From Methanomassiliicoccaceae archaeon UBA354 (GTDB taxonomy: Archaea; Thermoplasmatota; Thermoplasmata; Methanomassiliicoccales; Methanomethylophilaceae): a stretch of 45,013 nt of DNA. The notes under the pieces were generated by a model, which was not told where the DNA came from, searched no databases, and saw only the letters and a list, made by a program, of their open reading frames with translations. A program made the translations under genes and the position numbers. The first letter of the stretch is position 1. Each line of letters starts with the position of its first letter. Location: assembly GCA_002497195.1 (NCBI GenBank), contig DAMX01000033.1, positions 5,634-50,646 on the forward strand, given 5' to 3'. Positions 9,654 through 18,687 of the stretch are shown in pieces.

Positions 9654-11276
9654 ATGTCTTCAACAACACAACCTAGCGCACTCAAGAAGGGACTTCCCAA
9701 GAAGACGGAATCGGTCTGTCCAGAATGTGGAAAGATTATTGAAGCGAACGTCTATGAGAAGGACGGCAAAGTGTTCATGGACAAAGATTGCCCCGAACAC
9801 GGACAGTTCTCCGATATATATTGGTCCAATGCCCAGGCGTACCTCCGGGCCGAGCACTTTGCATACGACGGGGTCGGCCTCAGGAATCCACATGACAAAT
9901 CGCTCGCGGCAGGGGAGAACGTAAACTTCCTTGTGGACGGAAAGAAATACAACCTTCTGTCCTGTACGGCCCTGGCCCTTATCGATCTGACGAACAGATG
10001 TAACATGAACTGCCCGATATGCTTCGCCAACGCTAACCAGGCCGGATATGTTTACGAACCCTCTTACGATGAGGTGGTGGCGATGATGGAGGCACTCCGC
10101 GCGGAGGAGCCCATCAAGTGTACCGCTGTCCAGTTCTCCGGAGGAGAGCCCACCGTCCACCCGAGGCTGGCGGACATAATCAGAAAGTCCAAGGAGCTGA
10201 AATTCGCACAGGTCCAGGTGGCCACCAACGGCATCGTATTCGCAAAGGACTATGAGAAACTGAAGGCATGCAAAGAGGCGGGCCTGAACACGATATATCT
10301 CTCCTTCGACGGTGTAAGCGACGACGTCTACCTTCAGGCCAGGGACAGGAAGATGTTCGACATAAAGCTGAAGGTGATCGAGAACTGCAGAAGGCTCAAG
10401 GCGGAAATCGGCCACTCGCCGTCCATCGTCCTCGTGCCCACGCTGGTCAGAGGGGTCAACGACCACCAGGTAGGAGCCATAACCAAATTCGCCTTCGATC
10501 ACGCCGATGTGATCCGCGGAATCAACTTCCAGCCTGTGGCCTTCACGGGCAGGATAACCAGGGAAGAGGTTTCCAAGGGCAGGATAACCCTCACGGACCT
10601 GGTAGACAGGTTCGGCGAGCAGACCGGATACACGGTGCCGGAGGACTGGTACCCTGTCCCTGTCGTGGCTCCGATATCCAACTTCGCCTCGGAGTTCCTG
10701 TCTCAGAACAAGGTAACGTTCACCGCCCACCCCCACTGCGGCCTGGCGACATACCTGTTCCAGTCCGAGGACGGAAAGGTAACGCCGCTCCCCAGGTTCG
10801 TCGACATAAAGATGTTCTCCGACGGCCTGAGCAGCATAGCCATGAAGATGGAGGATTCCAAATTCAGGAAGATCAGGGCGATCGGCGTGCTGAGGCTTCT
10901 GAACAAATGCGTAGACAGCAGCAAGATGCCTCCCGGCATGACCAAGAAGAAGTTCATCGATGCCATAACGAGCATAATGGGTAGCAAATCCAAGAAGACC
11001 CTCGCCAATTTCTCGTGGAAGATGATGTACGTCGGAGCCATGCATTTCCAGGATTCGTTCAACTACGACGTCTCGAGGGTCGAGCGCTGCGCAATTCACT
11101 ACATAACACCGGACCTGAAGGTAATACCCTTCTGCGCATACAACGGCGGGCCGGAATATCGTGCAGAGGTCGAAGCCCGCTTCTCGATCCCGCTCGCGGA
11201 GTGGAAACAGCGGAACAAGGAAGAGGCGAAGGCGCTGGAAGAAGCATTGGTGGTCCCCGAGGACCAGAGAGCTTGA
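9654..11276 (+). CDS. tes: Radical SAM protein, candidate tetraether lipid synthase (Tes/GDGT-MAS family)
   Basis: Radical-SAM motif CNMNCPICFA. N-terminal zinc-ribbon CPECGK..x..CPEHG. About 540 aa from ATG 9654, which is preceded by gaggat; the ORF track starts at an upstream GTG at 9627. It is followed directly by ferredoxin and geranylgeranyl reductase, the arrangement I recall for Methanosarcina acetivorans MA1486-MA1485-MA1484. Confidence 0.65.
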   Translation: MSSTTQPSALKKGLPKKTESVCPECGKIIEANVYEKDGKVFMDKDCPEHGQFSDIYWSNAQAYLRAEHFAYDGVGLRNPHDKSLAAGENVNFLVDGKKYNLLSCTALALIDLTNRCNMNCPICFANANQAGYVYEPSYDEVVAMMEALRAEEPIKCTAVQFSGGEPTVHPRLADIIRKSKELKFAQVQVATNGIVFAKDYEKLKACKEAGLNTIYLSFDGVSDDVYLQARDRKMFDIKLKVIENCRRLKAEIGHSPSIVLVPTLVRGVNDHQVGAITKFAFDHADVIRGINFQPVAFTGRITREEVSKGRITLTDLVDRFGEQTGYTVPEDWYPVPVVAPISNFASEFLSQNKVTFTAHPHCGLATYLFQSEDGKVTPLPRFVDIKMFSDGLSSIAMKMEDSKFRKIRAIGVLRLLNKCVDSSKMPPGMTKKKFIDAITSIMGSKSKKTLANFSWKMMYVGAMHFQDSFNYDVSRVERCAIHYITPDLKVIPFCAYNGGPEYRAEVEARFSIPLAEWKQRNKEEAKALEEALVVPEDQRA

Positions 11277-11287
11277 GGTAAGATAAC

Positions 11288-11458
11288 ATGACGATATTGG
11301 TTGATTTTTACAAATGCCTCCACTGCGGTGGATGCGTCGGGTCCTGCCCGAAGAACGCGATATACCTGAATGACTTCGTTCTCGAATTCAACGACAAATG
11401 CAACTCCTGCGGAAGGTGCGTCAAGATATGTCCGGTCGCGGCGCTCAGGATGGAATGA
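11288..11458 (+). CDS. Small 2x[4Fe-4S] ferredoxin (56 aa), below the ORF-track size cutoff
   Basis: Hand translation gives MTILVDFYKCLHCGGCVGSCPKNAIYLNDFVLEFNDKCNSCGRCVKICPVAALRME*. It has two CxxCxxCxxxCP motifs. It starts 12 nt after the Tes stop and ends 4 nt before the GGR ATG. Confidence 0.78.
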   Translation: MTILVDFYKCLHCGGCVGSCPKNAIYLNDFVLEFNDKCNSCGRCVKICPVAALRME

Positions 11459-11462
11459 TACT

Positions 11463-12656
11463 ATGAAGACCTATAACTGCGACATAGTGATTGTCGGCGC
11501 GGGACCCGGAGGCAGCATGGCCGCCAAATTCTGCGCCCAGGCGGGATTGGACACCATCATCATCGAAAAGAAGGCCGAGATAGGCGCGCCCCTCAGATGC
11601 GCCGAAGGCGTATCTAAGAAATGGCTAGAGGAGGTCGGCATCGCCCCCGACCCCGCATGGATATGCGCCGACATGGCTGGAGCCGTAATAAGATCGCCCA
11701 GCGGATACACCTTCCAGCTTGACGAGAGCAAGGCCGGGTCCGAGGTCGGATACGTACTGGAGAGGCACCTGTTCGACAAGGCCCTGGCGAGGGACGCCGC
11801 GGACGCGGGCGCCAAAATAATGATGCGCACCTCTTGCACAGACGTCATAAGGAAGGACGGCAAGCTCGTCGGAATCAAGGCCAAGAGCATGGGGGAACCC
11901 ATCGAGATATACGCCGACTGCGTGGTCGCCGCCGACGGATACGAGTCACAGGTGGCCAGGTGGGCAGGCATCGAGACGGTGCCCAAGATGAACGACATCG
12001 ACACGTGCATCCAGTACAGGATGTCCAACATCGATATCGACCAGCAGTACTGCGAGTTCGTCATCGGGAACGACATAGCGCCCGGAGGATACCTCTGGCT
12101 GTTCCCCAAGGGGAACCGCTCCGCCAACGTAGGGATCGGCGTGATGGCCAAACGCTGCAAGAACCCCGGCGACCCCAAATATTACCTGGACAAATTCATT
12201 GCAGGCGATGAGCGCCTCAAGAACGGGCAGATCCTCGAAGTGGTCGGAGGCATGGTCTCCACCTGCCCCGGACTCGACTCGGCAACGGACGACAACCTAA
12301 TAATAGTCGGAGATGCGGCGAGGATAATCGACCCGATCACCGGCGGAGGCATATGCCACGCATGCAGGACGGGGATGTACGCAGGCAAGGTGCTCGCCGA
12401 CTGCGCCAATAAGAAAGACTTCTCCAAAGCGGCCCTCAAGCCATATGAGAAGATGTGGCGCGACAGGATGGAGGATAAGATCTACAGGAACTGGATAGCC
12501 AAGGAGAGGCTCAACGAGCTTGACGACGATACCATAGACGATCTCATCAAGATCATAAGCACCTCCGATATCGGAGAGGTCAATGTGTACAACCTCCTGA
12601 AGGTCATCAAGGAGAAGTATCCCAAGGTCGTCGAAGGTTTCGAAGATCTGATCTGA
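11463..12656 (+). CDS. Digeranylgeranylglycerophospholipid (geranylgeranyl) reductase, FAD-dependent
   Basis: MKTYNCDIVIVGAGPGGS carries the Rossmann FAD motif. Other matches are PGGYLWLFPKG, VGDAARIIDPITGGGI and a GGR-family length of 397 aa. The start is moved to ATG 11463, inside the longer 11370 ORF. Confidence 0.9.
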   Translation: MKTYNCDIVIVGAGPGGSMAAKFCAQAGLDTIIIEKKAEIGAPLRCAEGVSKKWLEEVGIAPDPAWICADMAGAVIRSPSGYTFQLDESKAGSEVGYVLERHLFDKALARDAADAGAKIMMRTSCTDVIRKDGKLVGIKAKSMGEPIEIYADCVVAADGYESQVARWAGIETVPKMNDIDTCIQYRMSNIDIDQQYCEFVIGNDIAPGGYLWLFPKGNRSANVGIGVMAKRCKNPGDPKYYLDKFIAGDERLKNGQILEVVGGMVSTCPGLDSATDDNLIIVGDAARIIDPITGGGICHACRTGMYAGKVLADCANKKDFSKAALKPYEKMWRDRMEDKIYRNWIAKERLNELDDDTIDDLIKIISTSDIGEVNVYNLLKVIKEKYPKVVEGFEDLI

Positions 12657-12666
12657 AAACAACTTA

Positions 12667-12700
12667 CCGGCCTCACGGCCGGAAAGATTATTTTTATATT
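12667..12700. terminator. Bidirectional terminator-like hairpin flanked by T-runs, between convergent GGR and mvk
   Basis: ccggcc(12667-72) tcac ggccgg(12677-82) forms a perfect 6-bp stem. A T5 run lies at 12691-12695 on the + strand. aaaacaac (12657-64) gives a T-run on the - strand. Confidence 0.45.
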
Positions 12701-13632
12701 TTGTCTCCCGCCGTCACCCCGGGCACGCCGGTCTTCACGATCATGGGGTTTCCTCCGTGGAGGCGGATCGTCTCGCATACCTTTTCGGGCCTGTCGGTAA
12801 GGGCGATCATGCTCCCTCCCCCTCCTGCGCCCGTCAGCTTGGAGCCGTAGGAGTATTCGGCCGCCGCATCGACCAGACGGTTGAGCTCTGGGCTCGACAC
12901 CCCAAGGATGGACAGCAGTTTGTGGTCTGCCGTCATTAGCCTCCCCAGTTTCACACGGTCGTTCCTCCGGAGCGCATCGGCACCCTCCAGGGTCACCGAG
13001 CCTATCTCTTCTACGATATCTTTGGCGAAACTGTTGCGGTCCTTGTATCTGCGGACCTTTTCCACCAGGGGGCCCGTAAGGGCCTTGATCCCCGTATATC
13101 CGACAACGAACGTCATCTCGGGAGCATGGACGTCGCAGACGTTCCACCTGTTCCCGTTGCGTTCTATCGTCCACAGGGGTTCGCCTTCGCATGGTATGTT
13201 CACTCCGATGCCCCCTCCGTGGACGGAGGCGGAAGTGTCCATAGGGCTTCCGATGCCCTGGGCTCCGAACTCGGCCTCGTAGGCTTCGTTGATTATATCC
13301 TTTTCATCGGCGGGCCTTCCCAGCATTGTGCGCACCGCGCACGACAGGGCGGCCGAAAGGGCGGCGGAGGAACCTAGACCTGACCCGGAAGGCAGGTCGC
13401 TCTCGGTCACGATGCTGATACTGTCTACGCCGTTCGCTTTCAGTACGTGGCGCATGTGGGGATGGAGCGAAAGGTCCTCCGGCATCCCGTTGAGAAGAAG
13501 CCTGTCGCTGTCGCTCACGGTGCAACGGAAGCGTCTGTCGATCGCCAGTGCGACCGCGGGTTTGCCGTAGACCACGGCGTGCTCTCCCAGGACCACGAAT
13601 TTCCCAGGTGCCGATGCGGACGCCGATCTCAT
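12694..13632 (-). CDS. mvk: Mevalonate kinase
   Basis: APGKFVVLGEHAVVYGKPAVALAID, GHMP kinase motif PSGSGLGSSAA, and C-terminal KLTGAGGGGSMIAL. The start is set at ATG 13632, which makes an ATGA overlap with the upstream gene's stop. Stop is TAA. Confidence 0.9.
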   Translation of the reverse strand: MRSASASAPGKFVVLGEHAVVYGKPAVALAIDRRFRCTVSDSDRLLLNGMPEDLSLHPHMRHVLKANGVDSISIVTESDLPSGSGLGSSAALSAALSCAVRTMLGRPADEKDIINEAYEAEFGAQGIGSPMDTSASVHGGGIGVNIPCEGEPLWTIERNGNRWNVCDVHAPEMTFVVGYTGIKALTGPLVEKVRRYKDRNSFAKDIVEEIGSVTLEGADALRRNDRVKLGRLMTADHKLLSILGVSSPELNRLVDAAAEYSYGSKLTGAGGGGSMIALTDRPEKVCETIRLHGGNPMIVKTGVPGVTAGDKI

Positions 13633-14147
13633 TCCAGCAGCCCGTATTTCTTCATGCTTTCGGTGATCGCATCGTTGGGGTTCCTCTGTCCCAGCAAAGG
13701 CTGGGGGATCGACCACCACTGCTCCTCGAACTCCCTAAGTGCGCTCTCGTACCGCTCGTCGTCTTCGAATTGCTTCGAATCGATGCTCAGGAGAGCTTTG
13801 CTCTGTTCTTTGAAGAGGTCGACGCCGTACTTCTTGTTCGTAATGGCCACGCCGATGTAGCTGTCGAATGCGTAGGTCATCTCTTCGGACAGCTCGTCCG
13901 GAGTGCACTCCATGACCATGTCCAGAACCGAGTTTATGGCCATTTTGAATATCAGCTCGCGCTTCGCCTCTTCGGGCATCTTCTCGGTATCGACGGATTC
14001 CATCATGTCATCGAATATCAGGTCGCGAAGCGCCGAAACTCTGTTGGGGTTTTTGCCGAAGAGCTGTTTTGCCAGAATTTCTTCTTCGGATTCTTGCTCA
14101 TCGTTGCCGAACAGTCCCGCATTCGGGTCGTAATTGTCGTTGTTCAT
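13629..14147 (-). CDS. Acidic hypothetical protein (172 aa)
   Basis: The ORF has ATGA overlaps at both ends: with the aminotransferase stop at 14144-14147 and the mvk start at 13629-13632. It is rich in Asp/Glu and has no recognisable motif. Confidence 0.6.
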   Translation of the reverse strand: MNNDNYDPNAGLFGNDEQESEEEILAKQLFGKNPNRVSALRDLIFDDMMESVDTEKMPEEAKRELIFKMAINSVLDMVMECTPDELSEEMTYAFDSYIGVAITNKKYGVDLFKEQSKALLSIDSKQFEDDERYESALREFEEQWWSIPQPLLGQRNPNDAITESMKKYGLLE

Positions 14148-15271
14148 CTTCTAAGCTCCTTGACGGTTTTCTCCAGTATGTCCATTCCTGCTGATAGTTT
14201 CTTCTCGTCCGCGGCATAAGAGAATCTGAGATGTCCCTCGCCGTATCTTCCGAACGCCGATCCCGGGGTGCATATGAGCCCTTTGGCGGCCAGTGTGTTG
14301 GCGAGCTCCTGGGAGCTTATCTTCATGTCGAAAGACGGAAAGGCATAGAACGCCCCCCTGGGCGGGACCATGCTCATGCCGTCTATATCATTGATCCTTT
14401 CGGTTACGAGGTCGCGCCTGGACCTGAAGGTCTTTCTTGCTCCTTCCAGGTAAGCGTCGATCCCCGGAAGCGCGGCAAGCACGCCGTACTGAGAAGGCAT
14501 CGCGGGGCTTGCACATACATGGTACTGCATCTTGACAAGGTCTGCGATATGCTCTTTTTCGGCGCAGATGAACCCGAGTCTCCAGCCGGTCACGGCCATC
14601 ATCTTCGAGAATCCGTTGACGACCATGGCTCGGTCCAGCCTGTTCATGAACGAGAGGTGCTTCCCCTCGTAGACGAAGGAATCGTAGACCTCGTCCGCCA
14701 GGATGAATATGCCGCTGTCGTCGGCGACGTCAAGCAGCGCATTGTAAGATTCCTGCGATAGCACTCCACCCGTCGGGTTCGAGGGATTGTTGACCACGAT
14801 CATCTTTGTGCGGTCGGTGATCCTGCTCTGGATATCATCGATGTCGGGCTGGAATTCTCCCTCGGTGAGCTTGTATTCCGAATACGTCCCTCCGGCGAGA
14901 ACGGAATGCGGCCCGTATATAACGAATCCGGGGCTGGGCACAAGCACCTCGTCTCCGGGATCTATGAAAGACTGCGATATCTCCAGCAGTGCAGTGGACC
15001 CGCTGGGAGTTATCATGATGTTCTCCTCGTCCATCTCTCCGTACATCCGGTATCTTTCTGCGACCGCCCTCCTGAGGTCCGGGATGCCGGCGGTCGGACC
15101 GTATTTGTTCTTTCCCTCCGATGCCGCCCTGTTCATGCCCTCGACCGCCTCCCCGGGGGGCTGAATGTCCGGCTCTCCGAGTCCGAGGTTGATCGAGTCC
15201 GGCCCTGCCAGATCGAACATCTTTCTGATCCCTGACATGGGGATCGAAGACAGTCTTTTCGATGGATCCAT
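14144..15271 (-). CDS. Class I/II pyridoxal-phosphate aminotransferase (aspartate aminotransferase-like)
   Basis: 375 aa. Matches are SGIRKMFDLA, NLGLGEPD, VVNNPSNPTGGV and the SFSKMMAVTGWRLGF lysine motif. Confidence 0.85.
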   Translation of the reverse strand: MDPSKRLSSIPMSGIRKMFDLAGPDSINLGLGEPDIQPPGEAVEGMNRAASEGKNKYGPTAGIPDLRRAVAERYRMYGEMDEENIMITPSGSTALLEISQSFIDPGDEVLVPSPGFVIYGPHSVLAGGTYSEYKLTEGEFQPDIDDIQSRITDRTKMIVVNNPSNPTGGVLSQESYNALLDVADDSGIFILADEVYDSFVYEGKHLSFMNRLDRAMVVNGFSKMMAVTGWRLGFICAEKEHIADLVKMQYHVCASPAMPSQYGVLAALPGIDAYLEGARKTFRSRRDLVTERINDIDGMSMVPPRGAFYAFPSFDMKISSQELANTLAAKGLICTPGSAFGRYGEGHLRFSYAADEKKLSAGMDILEKTVKELRR

Positions 15272-15349
15272 ACGCCGTAATCGTGTGCGCTTCCTATATT
15301 ATTTTAGCCACTAGCACCAGTTTTATATTGTCATGCCGTTGGGGAACCG

Positions 15350-15619
15350 ATGGATAAGCGTTTAAGGTTTTTATGGCCCATATTCAACACCGTAGGGATC
15401 TTCGCAACGGTCCTGGGAATGTTCGGGATCATCGGTATGATCGAGCTTGCAGGTTCGATGTTCCTTTTCTTATCGGGCATGCTGCTCATCGCGATATCCG
15501 CGGCGATCGTTCTCTACGACGCCCATAAGATGGGCATTTTGAAAGAGCAAGTATGCTGCAACACCGAAAAATGCGATCCCGAGGATAAAAGGAATGACGG
15601 GGACGGAAAGGATGAGTAA
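15350..15619 (+). CDS. Small membrane protein (89 aa, 2 predicted TM helices, Cys-containing acidic tail)
   Basis: Hydrophobic stretches IFNTVGIFATVLGMFGIIGMI and FLFLSGMLLIAISAAIVL, plus a CCNTEKC tail. It overlaps the next gene's start. Support is ORF and hydrophobicity only. Confidence 0.45.
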   Translation: MDKRLRFLWPIFNTVGIFATVLGMFGIIGMIELAGSMFLFLSGMLLIAISAAIVLYDAHKMGILKEQVCCNTEKCDPEDKRNDGDGKDE

Positions 15620-16757
15620 GGCCCTGAACGCGGAAATGCTCTACTTCATGTTCGAGTCCGCGAACATGCACAGGTGGAACGACCACCTGAGGCCGCTGGA
15701 CCTCACAGAACAGGACAAGCAGTCGCACAAGGCTGCCATTGCATGGGTGATAGCCAAATTCGAGGAGGATGAAGGCAGGGATATAGATTGGCGCGCGCTC
15801 ATCGAGCACAACCTATTCGAGCTTATAAGCCGCCTGGTCCTTACGGACCTGAAGCCACAGTTTTACCACCGCATAGTCGACGAGAAGTTCGACCAGGTCA
15901 ACGAGTACGTGATCAAGGAATTCGACAGGAACGTACCCGATACCGATCCGGAGTTCCGGAAACGCCTTTCCTATTACCTGAAATCGAAAAGGGACTCCCC
16001 GGAGGACCGGATAATAGATGCGGCCCATTATCTTGCAACCAAATGGGAGTTCGACCTCATATATGAAATGAACAAAGGGATGTTCGATGCGGATAACACG
16101 AAAAAAGCCATCGACGGACAGATAGCCAGACATGAAAACCTTGCCGGTGTGAGAATGATAATGGCCGGCGGAGGGATAAAGGGCTTCGTGGACCTCATAG
16201 GACAGCTTAGGTTCCAACAGAGATGGGCAAGGACCCCGAGGATACCTAAAACCACTGTGCTGGGTCATTCTCTCATGGTGGCAAACTCTATCTTCCTGCA
16301 CGACCTGGATGCCGGGGCCGCCGATAAGCAGATCTACAACGATTATTACGCCGGCCTGTTCCACGACCTACCGGAAGTGCTGACCAAAGACGTGATATCG
16401 CCCGTGAAAAACAATGTGAGCGGTCTCGCCCAGATGCTGGAGGGATACGAGAGGGAGCAGATCGAGTCAAAACTGATGCCCCTCATCCCCGAGTCCTGGC
16501 GCGGGGAGATGGAATTCCTTACTTACGAACCCTTCTCCGATTCGGACGATACTGGTTACGGTATGCGCGCAGGGCGCGACATCAAATCCTGCGACCTTCT
16601 GGCAGCGTACATCGAAGCTCACGTGTCCGCAAGCTACGGGATCAGCTCCCAGTCCCTCACCGAAGGCAAGGAGGAGCTGCTGACCCGCCTGGTGAACACG
16701 GGCGACGGGATAGGGGCCAGAGAACTGGTGGTCAGGCTAGGACGCATCAAAATTTAA
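15594..16757 (+). CDS. HD-domain metal-dependent phosphohydrolase
   Basis: LGHSLMVANSIFLHDLD and GLFHDLPEVLTKDV give the H...HD...D signature. An alternative start is ATG 15612 (MSKALNAEML). Stop is TAA, which overlaps the convergent serS stop in the sequence TTAA. Confidence 0.7.
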   Translation: MTGTERMSKALNAEMLYFMFESANMHRWNDHLRPLDLTEQDKQSHKAAIAWVIAKFEEDEGRDIDWRALIEHNLFELISRLVLTDLKPQFYHRIVDEKFDQVNEYVIKEFDRNVPDTDPEFRKRLSYYLKSKRDSPEDRIIDAAHYLATKWEFDLIYEMNKGMFDADNTKKAIDGQIARHENLAGVRMIMAGGGIKGFVDLIGQLRFQQRWARTPRIPKTTVLGHSLMVANSIFLHDLDAGAADKQIYNDYYAGLFHDLPEVLTKDVISPVKNNVSGLAQMLEGYEREQIESKLMPLIPESWRGEMEFLTYEPFSDSDDTGYGMRAGRDIKSCDLLAAYIEAHVSASYGISSQSLTEGKEELLTRLVNTGDGIGARELVVRLGRIKI

Positions 16758-18022
16758 TTCCCGATGGTCTCCCTGCCGCCCATATAGGGCCTCAGGACTT
16801 CCGGTATCGTGACGGTGCCGTCCCCGTTCTGGTAGTTCTCCAATATGGCCACCATGGTCCTGGGCAGAGCCAGGCCGGAGCCGTTCAGCGTGTGTACGAA
16901 CTCGCTCTTCAGGTGAGGTTCGGGGCGGTACTTGATCCTGGTCCTGCGGGCCTGGAAGTCGGTGAAGTTGGAACAGGAGGACGCCTCGAGCCAGGCTTCC
17001 TTGGCAGGTGCGAATATCTCCAGGTCGTAGCACTTGCTGCACGAGAAGCTCATGTCCCCCGTGCATAGCAGCAGGACCCGGTACGGCAGCCCAAGGCCCC
17101 TGATGAGCTCCTCTGCGTTCCCTCTCAGCTCCTCGAGCACGTCGTATGAGGTCTCCGGCAGGACGAACCTCACCATCTCCACCTTATTGAACTCGTGGAC
17201 CCTGATTATCCCTCTTGTGTCAGCATGCTTTCCGACCTCTCTGCGGAAAGACGGCAGATATGCAGTGAACAATATCGGCAGTTCATCTTTTGCCAGTATC
17301 TCGTCCTGGAGCATGTTGGTGAGAGGCACTTCCGCGGTCGGGTTCAGGTAGAGGTCGTCCTTCTCCATATAATACATGTCGTCTTTCAGGTTGGGGTACT
17401 GGCCTGTGCCGGTGACGGCCGCCCTGTTGACGACGACAGGAGGGAAAACCTCCTTGTACCCCTGTTTCCCGTGCACGTCCAGGAAGTAGTTGATCAGTGC
17501 CCTCTCGAGCCTTGCGCCGTCGCCCTTGAGGCAGTAGAATCCGCTTCCGGCTACCTTCGTCCCCCTCTCGAAATCGATGATGTCCAGGTCCTCTCCGATC
17601 TCCCAGTGCTCTTTCGGCTTGAAATCGAATTTCCTCTTCTCCCCCCACTCGTAGACGACCACGTTTTCCGAGCTGTCCTTTCCGAGCGGGACGCTGCTGT
17701 GAGGTATGTTGGGGATGTTCAGCACGCACTCGTTCCTGACCTCTTCGAGTTCGGACATCCTTGCATCGTTGGACTTGATCCTGTCGCCGATCCCCCTCAT
17801 CTCGGAGATCTTGGCATCTTTGTCCGCGCCCTTCTGCATTTTTGCAATCTCCGCGGAAACTTCGTTGCGGACCTTCCTGAGCTCGTTGTTCTCATTTGTG
17901 AGGGCCCTCCATTCGGAATCGGCCTCCAGGAACCTGTCCAGGACCACGACGTCCTTGTTCCTGCTCAAGAGCATGGCCCTTATCATATCGGGTTCAGACC
18001 TAATGATGTTGACATCAAGCAT
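16754..18022 (-). CDS. serS: Seryl-tRNA synthetase (common bacterial-like type)
   Basis: 422 aa. The N-terminal coiled-coil arm MLDVNIIRSEPDMIRAML and class II motifs FRREVG..RGIIRVHEFNKVE and GSGLALPRTMVAILENYQ are present. Confidence 0.95.
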   Translation of the reverse strand: MLDVNIIRSEPDMIRAMLLSRNKDVVVLDRFLEADSEWRALTNENNELRKVRNEVSAEIAKMQKGADKDAKISEMRGIGDRIKSNDARMSELEEVRNECVLNIPNIPHSSVPLGKDSSENVVVYEWGEKRKFDFKPKEHWEIGEDLDIIDFERGTKVAGSGFYCLKGDGARLERALINYFLDVHGKQGYKEVFPPVVVNRAAVTGTGQYPNLKDDMYYMEKDDLYLNPTAEVPLTNMLQDEILAKDELPILFTAYLPSFRREVGKHADTRGIIRVHEFNKVEMVRFVLPETSYDVLEELRGNAEELIRGLGLPYRVLLLCTGDMSFSCSKCYDLEIFAPAKEAWLEASSCSNFTDFQARRTRIKYRPEPHLKSEFVHTLNGSGLALPRTMVAILENYQNGDGTVTIPEVLRPYMGGRETIGN

Positions 18023-18031
18023 CCTATCATC

Positions 18032-18325
18032 TCAGAATTTTTTCTGGCACAACGAATTCCATGTACGCTTGTCTGTGAGAACTATAACTCCTCCGCGGAC
18101 ATCTATGGCTACGGATTCCGTCGCCTCGGCTATCTCTGCCGCTATGTCGGAGGTATCGCTCTCGGAGTTGGGGAGCACCTTTACCTTGATCAGCCTGTTC
18201 TTCTTCAGCTGTTTCACGATCTCTTCCATGAGACCTTCGTCCGTACCTTCCTTTCCGACGTGAACTGTCGGATCAAGCTCGTTGGCGCGTCTCATCAGCT
18301 CTTTTCTGGCTTCTTTCTCGGTCAT
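18032..18325 (-). CDS. YhbY/CRS1 (CRM-domain) RNA-binding protein
   Basis: LMRRANELDPTVHVGKEGTDEGLMEEIVKQLKKNRLIKVKVL matches the CRM/YhbY GxxG-containing core. Its 5' end overlaps the rpr2 3' end by 53 nt in a different frame. Confidence 0.75.
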   Translation of the reverse strand: MTEKEARKELMRRANELDPTVHVGKEGTDEGLMEEIVKQLKKNRLIKVKVLPNSESDTSDIAAEIAEATESVAIDVRGGVIVLTDKRTWNSLCQKKF

Positions 18326-18641
18326 CTCTCTGTTCCCTCGTATACGGAAGACGTTTGACGGCGCCGCATTCGGCGCACGTGATGCTGACCCGGCCGCAGT
18401 TCAGCCTTACGGTGCAGTTGACTCCCGGCAGCAGAGGTATGAGGCAGTCCTCGCAGTACCTGAAATCCTTGGGGATCCCGGTCCGGGTCTTCATGCCTAT
18501 GCGCCTCGAGAGTTCGACATAACGCCTCGCCCTGTCCGCCCTCCCCTCCTTCACGGCCTCAGCGGCCATGGACGTCAGCACTTTTATTCGGTGCGAGCCC
18601 AGGTCCGATGCCTGCCTGGAGGAGACGCGTCTCTTTGACAT
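18273..18641 (-). CDS. rnp4: RNase P protein component 4 (Rpr2/RPP21)
   Basis: Helical N-terminus EAVKEGRADRARRYVELSRRIGMKTR followed by the zinc ribbon YCEDCLIPL...ITCAECGAVKRLPY. Confidence 0.8.
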   Translation of the reverse strand: MSKRRVSSRQASDLGSHRIKVLTSMAAEAVKEGRADRARRYVELSRRIGMKTRTGIPKDFRYCEDCLIPLLPGVNCTVRLNCGRVSITCAECGAVKRLPYTREQRDDRERSQKRADETRQRA

Positions 18642-18687
18642 CGTTTGGTCACAATGCGCGGGTAATATAAATATTAGGGAGAAAAAT

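Noticed and set aside
9660-11099. 479-aa ORF antisense to the Tes-like radical SAM gene
   Set aside because: This is a typical GC-rich shadow ORF. It is Arg/Gly/Leu/Val/His-rich with low-complexity composition and no motifs, and it lies fully inside a gene whose sense strand carries clear radical-SAM and zinc-ribbon motifs.
18273-18325. 53-nt overlap of rpr2 and yhbY as a possible frameshift or fusion
   Set aside because: The genes are in different frames and each has an intact family core. The overlap involves only the charged C-terminal tail of Rpr2. Ordinary overlapping genes are the simplest reading.
17195-18358. 387-aa ORF antisense to serS and yhbY
   Set aside because: It spans two well-supported genes and their intergenic spacer on the opposite strand. 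Its composition is typical of frame-shadow ORFs in high-GC DNA.
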